This document shows, piece after piece, positions 60,220 to 64,000 of a stretch of DNA of 64,000 bases. Below the pieces are notes generated by a model. It saw nothing but the letters and a program-made list of their open reading frames with translations, was not told where the DNA came from and did no database searches. Each line of letters opens with the position of its first letter. The stretch's first letter is position 1. Made by a program: the position numbers and the translations under genes. Origin of the DNA: an uncultured Saprospiraceae bacterium (GTDB lineage Bacteria; Bacteroidota; Bacteroidia; Chitinophagales; Saprospiraceae); NCBI GenBank assembly GCA_964449535.1, contig CAYUZA010000002.1, forward strand, positions 45,549-109,548, given 5' to 3'.

Positions 60220-62883
60220 TTATCGCATATATTCGTAGGCGGCCTTAATCTGTGCATTGGTTTCTTGATTTCTGATTTCTTCAAACCAACGTATTAGTCG
60301 CTCCAGGTTTTCCTGATTGGTGGTGAATTCACTCAAATCACCTTCTTTTAGTTTTTTCTCACGGTCAGCTCGCAGACTGGATAACAGCGTCATAAAAGCA
60401 TAGCGCTGAATGGGCCGTGAGTCACCATGTGCCATGAAAGAGGCCATTTCACCCAAAAACACATCTTGACCAGCAACATCCATTCCCTCTATCAGCGAAT
60501 AAAAATAGCTAAGAAAACTAAAAATATCATATCCTTGAAAGACGGGTGTTTTTTTAACAATTTGTTCATTTGATAGGCCAACATTCTCTTCTTGACTTAA
60601 TGCCAACATACCCATTATCAAATCAGGATCTTCTTCTTTATCAAAGTTTTCCAGAATGAATTGACTGACAGTGGGTGCATCAAATCGGGAAACAATAAAC
60701 ATAGCCAGGGCAACTATTTCGCCCACCTCTTTGTCACCTTTCAAAAAGATACGCCGAGCCACTTCTTGCTGCTGTGGACTATAAACCTCTATATCTAGTA
60801 GCGTGGTCAGTGCTTTGCCCCTCACTTGGGGATTCGGGTCGTTTTCTGCCAAAGACCATAGCTGATCTCCATGAAATTCTGGAGTTGCAAACTCTGCCGC
60901 TAAGGCCCTGATTTGCCAAAACTGGTCAGAAAGCATTTTTGAAATTAGGCTAGCGCTTTCATCTTCTAAGTTGATTTGACGAGCGCACTCTATGCGATAA
61001 AAATCAGCTAAAGGCAAATTCGCCTCTAAATCACCGAAAAGAGCCTGGCAGTCTTCCTTCCACGCAATTTGGTTGATTTTTGCTAACTGTGTATAGTCTG
61101 GATCCAAGACTATTCCACCGGGTAGTTCGGACATTGGAATGGTTACTTCCGTGACTTGATCCTTAATTTCGACAGGGATTCTTTGAACAGAACCATCTTT
61201 TTTTATTACAGCCAAATCCGTATACAGCGTGAACAAGGGTCTGTGAAATTTCGGCGACTGCACCTGTTCTATAAAAACTTTTACTTCCTGGCTAGAAGGG
61301 ACGAAAAAATAATTAACCTCTAATTCAGGGTGGCCCTTGTCATAAAACCACTGGTCAAAAAACACATATAAATCACGACCGGAAACCTCTTCCATAACCA
61401 AGCGAAGCTGGTGTGCTTCTACAGCTTCGAAGGCATGTTTTTGTAAAAAGCGCCTAATTCCCTCAAAAAACACCTCATCGCCAAGATAATGCCGTAGCAT
61501 GTGCAGCACGAGGCCGCCTTTATTATAACTATGGGCATCAAACATTTCCTCCTCCTGATCGTACTCAAAACGGATTAAATGTCGAGTATCGCCTTCGGCA
61601 GTGCTTTCTAAATAGGCATTTAGCTCTTCCTCGCGGTGTGCATCTGCCTCGGCCCTGCCATATTTGTGCTCTAGCCAAAGGTATTCTGCATAGTTTGCGA
61701 ATCCCTCATTCATAGTTAGGTTTGACCAGCTTTCACAGGTGACATAGTTGCCAAACCAGTGATGAGCCATTTCGTGAGCTACAATTTTGTCATTGTTTTC
61801 CAACAGTAGCTGCCGCCTAGTTTTTTGAACAAAATCACCAAAAATCACAGCGGTTGTATTTTCCATAGCACCAGATACATAGTCTCTTACGACTACTTGG
61901 TGGTATTTTTTCCAAGGATATTCTAGGCCATATTTTTCAGAAAAAAAACTGAGCATTTCTGGTGTATGATTGAAAATATCCTTGGCGAAAGAAGCGTATT
62001 TGGGTTCGACCCAGTACCCCAATTCCTTTCCGCGCCAAGAATCTCGCGTAATTGAAAATTCCCCTATGGCCAACATAAACAAATATGGTGCATGGGGTTG
62101 ATCCATTACCCAATGATCCTGCCGCTTGCCACCTTCAAGATTAGTTGAACGAATCATGAGGCCATTGGACAGGGTTGAAAAACGATTTTCAACGGTTACC
62201 TTAACCTCGCCCGTACATCTTTCATTGGGATGATCGATGGTAGGAAACCAGCAAGAATTGTATGCTGTTTCTCCTTGTGTCCAAATTTGCTGGGGCTTTC
62301 CTACTTTTGCACCGTCCGGGTTAATGAAAAACAAGCCTTGGTCCGAGGTAATTGCTCCATCTTGCTGGCTGGCCCGTTCAGCGGGTTTGGCGGTGTAGTG
62401 AATTGATATAGCGAGTGTATCCTTTTTAGAGATTTTTGACGAAAAAACAATCTTTAACTGTTGGTTGTCATACTCTTGAGAGAAAGTATATGTTTGTTTT
62501 TTTGAGATACTTTTAGTCTCAATTGAATGAATGTCAAAGTTTTTTGCATCCAAAACAAGTACACTGTCAGCATAGGCATAGGGGGTTAAGGTAAGCCCAG
62601 CTATTCCAAATACGCGTTGACTTTTCCAATCAAATGATACATCAAGCGTTGTATGTAACAGGTCCCACTTGCGCGTTGGAGTTGCTTGAAAAGCCTGGGC
62701 ATAAGCAGGTCGGATGTTATCAGAATCATCAGTACCGGATGGTTCTTCTATGGTTGGCTGCTCCAATAATTCAACTTCGGCTTTGGTATCTTTCTCTGTC
62801 TTGATATCCAAAGGCATAGTTTTGCGATGGCATGCAATTGAAAATATCAGGAGCGCAAAAAGTAAGTTGATTTTATACATCAT
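60220..62883 (-). CDS. M1-family zinc aminopeptidase with C-terminal HEAT-like repeats
   Basis: GAMEN exopeptidase motif, HEMAHHWFGN-x18-E zinc site, signal or lipoprotein start MMYKINLLFALLIFSIAC. Confidence 0.9.
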   Translation of the reverse strand: MMYKINLLFALLIFSIACHRKTMPLDIKTEKDTKAEVELLEQPTIEEPSGTDDSDNIRPAYAQAFQATPTRKWDLLHTTLDVSFDWKSQRVFGIAGLTLTPYAYADSVLVLDAKNFDIHSIETKSISKKQTYTFSQEYDNQQLKIVFSSKISKKDTLAISIHYTAKPAERASQQDGAITSDQGLFFINPDGAKVGKPQQIWTQGETAYNSCWFPTIDHPNERCTGEVKVTVENRFSTLSNGLMIRSTNLEGGKRQDHWVMDQPHAPYLFMLAIGEFSITRDSWRGKELGYWVEPKYASFAKDIFNHTPEMLSFFSEKYGLEYPWKKYHQVVVRDYVSGAMENTTAVIFGDFVQKTRRQLLLENNDKIVAHEMAHHWFGNYVTCESWSNLTMNEGFANYAEYLWLEHKYGRAEADAHREEELNAYLESTAEGDTRHLIRFEYDQEEEMFDAHSYNKGGLVLHMLRHYLGDEVFFEGIRRFLQKHAFEAVEAHQLRLVMEEVSGRDLYVFFDQWFYDKGHPELEVNYFFVPSSQEVKVFIEQVQSPKFHRPLFTLYTDLAVIKKDGSVQRIPVEIKDQVTEVTIPMSELPGGIVLDPDYTQLAKINQIAWKEDCQALFGDLEANLPLADFYRIECARQINLEDESASLISKMLSDQFWQIRALAAEFATPEFHGDQLWSLAENDPNPQVRGKALTTLLDIEVYSPQQQEVARRIFLKGDKEVGEIVALAMFIVSRFDAPTVSQFILENFDKEEDPDLIMGMLALSQEENVGLSNEQIVKKTPVFQGYDIFSFLSYFYSLIEGMDVAGQDVFLGEMASFMAHGDSRPIQRYAFMTLLSSLRADREKKLKEGDLSEFTTNQENLERLIRWFEEIRNQETNAQIKAAYEYMR

Positions 62884-63217
62884 CCGATTGGCGGTTTGTT
62901 TTTTAAAGACATTATGCATCATGTAAAGAAGAATGGGGTGAGAAAACATGAAAATAACGCAAATATAAACCAAAGCAGTATGCAAAGGCTTTGTATTAGT
63001 CGGTTCATTGGGCAAGCTGAGATAAAAATCCAGCGCGATTTATTGATTAAAGGCAAAAAAACCTAACAAGGAATACATCAATTGGGCTTGATTTGGTCGG
63101 TTTGGTTCGATTTTTGTAGTATAATTACCAACCCTTTTAATCCTAATGGGGTATAGATTTACAGAAACATGGGCAAACTGATAAAAGTCGTCAATAAAAT
63201 TGCCTGAAATTTTGAAT

Positions 63218-63694
63218 ATGAAAATAGCGCACTGGTTTTTTTTCTTTTTTTTGACTTTGCCTCGTCTTTGGAGTCAGAATCTAGAATTATATAGCAACGG
63301 AGGAGAGGTAATCACCTCAGGCACCATACAAGGTAGTTATTCATTAGGAGAAATGTTGGTCAGCACAGAGTCAGTTACCGGCTACAAAATTACCCAAGGT
63401 TTTCAGCAGGCATTATTATTTGTAGTAGGCACCAAGATTTCTTTTGCTAAGGGCAATTGGAAAATTTACCCAATACCATTTCAACATGAAGTGTTTTATG
63501 TAGGCGAAAAAGCAATAGCAAAAGCACAGGTAACGGTTTATTCAGCAGCAGGGAGACCTGTTTACACGGAAAAGAGAAACTTGGAAATTTCCGGCAGTTG
63601 GAATCTTTCGGGATTGACAGCAGGCTGGTATCTTTTGACAGCAGAGGATGATAAAGGGGAAATTATTTTTCAACAAGTGATTATAAAACAATGA
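63218..63694 (+). CDS. Small secreted protein with T9SS type-A sorting domain
   Basis: Signal peptide MKIAHWFFFFFLTLPRLWSQ. C-terminal part is KIYPIPFQHEVFY...LTAGWYLLTAEDDKGEIIFQQVIIKQ. Confidence 0.6.
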   Translation: MKIAHWFFFFFLTLPRLWSQNLELYSNGGEVITSGTIQGSYSLGEMLVSTESVTGYKITQGFQQALLFVVGTKISFAKGNWKIYPIPFQHEVFYVGEKAIAKAQVTVYSAAGRPVYTEKRNLEISGSWNLSGLTAGWYLLTAEDDKGEIIFQQVIIKQ

Positions 63695-64000
63695 GGATGA
63701 AGAGGAATGTAATGATGGCGATGGCTTGCGTTTTTGCAGTGGTGTTGTCATGGGGTCAAGTGCCTGGTGGAATAAATTATCAGGCAGTATTGCGCAATGA
63801 ACAGGGCGCGCCATTGGCCAATAGGCAAATTAATGTTAGGGCTACTGTATTGCGTAGCGCTACACAAACCATAGTGTATAGAGAAACCGCATTGTCTATT
63901 ACCAATGAATTCGGACTGTTTAATCTGGTAATAGGGAAAGGAACTCCGGTAACAGGTCAGTTTAAAGACATAGCATGGGAAACTGGTGGTCTTCGAATTC
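63691..64000 (+). CDS. Secreted protein, 3' end beyond the window
   Basis: ATG overlaps the previous stop (ATGA). Signal peptide MRMKRNVMMAMACVFAVVLSWGQ, and the frame is open to nt 64000. It is absent from the ORF track, presumably because no stop lies in the window. Confidence 0.5.
   Translation, partial: MRMKRNVMMAMACVFAVVLSWGQVPGGINYQAVLRNEQGAPLANRQINVRATVLRSATQTIVYRETALSITNEFGLFNLVIGKGTPVTGQFKDIAWETGGLRI

Overview
64-kb chromosomal window from a Bacteroidota genome. Supporting signs are T9SS type-A and type-B (CHU_C-like) sorting domains, a CarboxypepD_reg/TonB receptor and TAnnTTTG -7 boxes. GC looks roughly 40% by eye, and finer taxonomy cannot be assigned from the sequence alone. I call about 50 protein genes, mostly housekeeping: ybeY, ctaA, dtd, recA, rsmI, purS, a P-type ATPase, trkAH, queD, holB, lpd, hutH, recX and an M1 aminopeptidase. 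There is also one tRNA(CAT) and two gliding-type adhesins, one of 1293 aa. The accessory part is 21.1-29.6 kb. It holds a tightly packed five-gene type I R-M operon (hsdR, DUF1016 nuclease, hsdS, Y1/HUH RayT-like gene, hsdM), followed by a possible mob-like fragment and an ssb cassette. The most unusual observation is a GC-rich 22-nt palindrome, GAGACGCAATGC(A/G)TTGCGTCTC. It lies in frame inside the Y1 gene, abutting a (CCGTTT)~5.8 microsatellite. It recurs 21/22 identical inside the central conserved region of hsdS, and more diverged hairpins lie in hsdR. This resembles a REP/RayT relationship, but with the hairpins inside the coding sequences of a defence operon. Other observations: a second, diverged and frameshifted ssb cassette lies 14.4 kb downstream next to a decayed toxin-antitoxin remnant. 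There are iteron-like 11-bp phased repeats, two families of ~160-172-bp tandem intergenic repeats, paired CACGTG-centred palindromes, and an RluA pseudouridine synthase with a ~370-aa unexplained N-terminal domain. No CRISPR array, rRNA or intact IS element was seen. All family assignments rest on motifs read by eye and on memory of the families. No searches were run.
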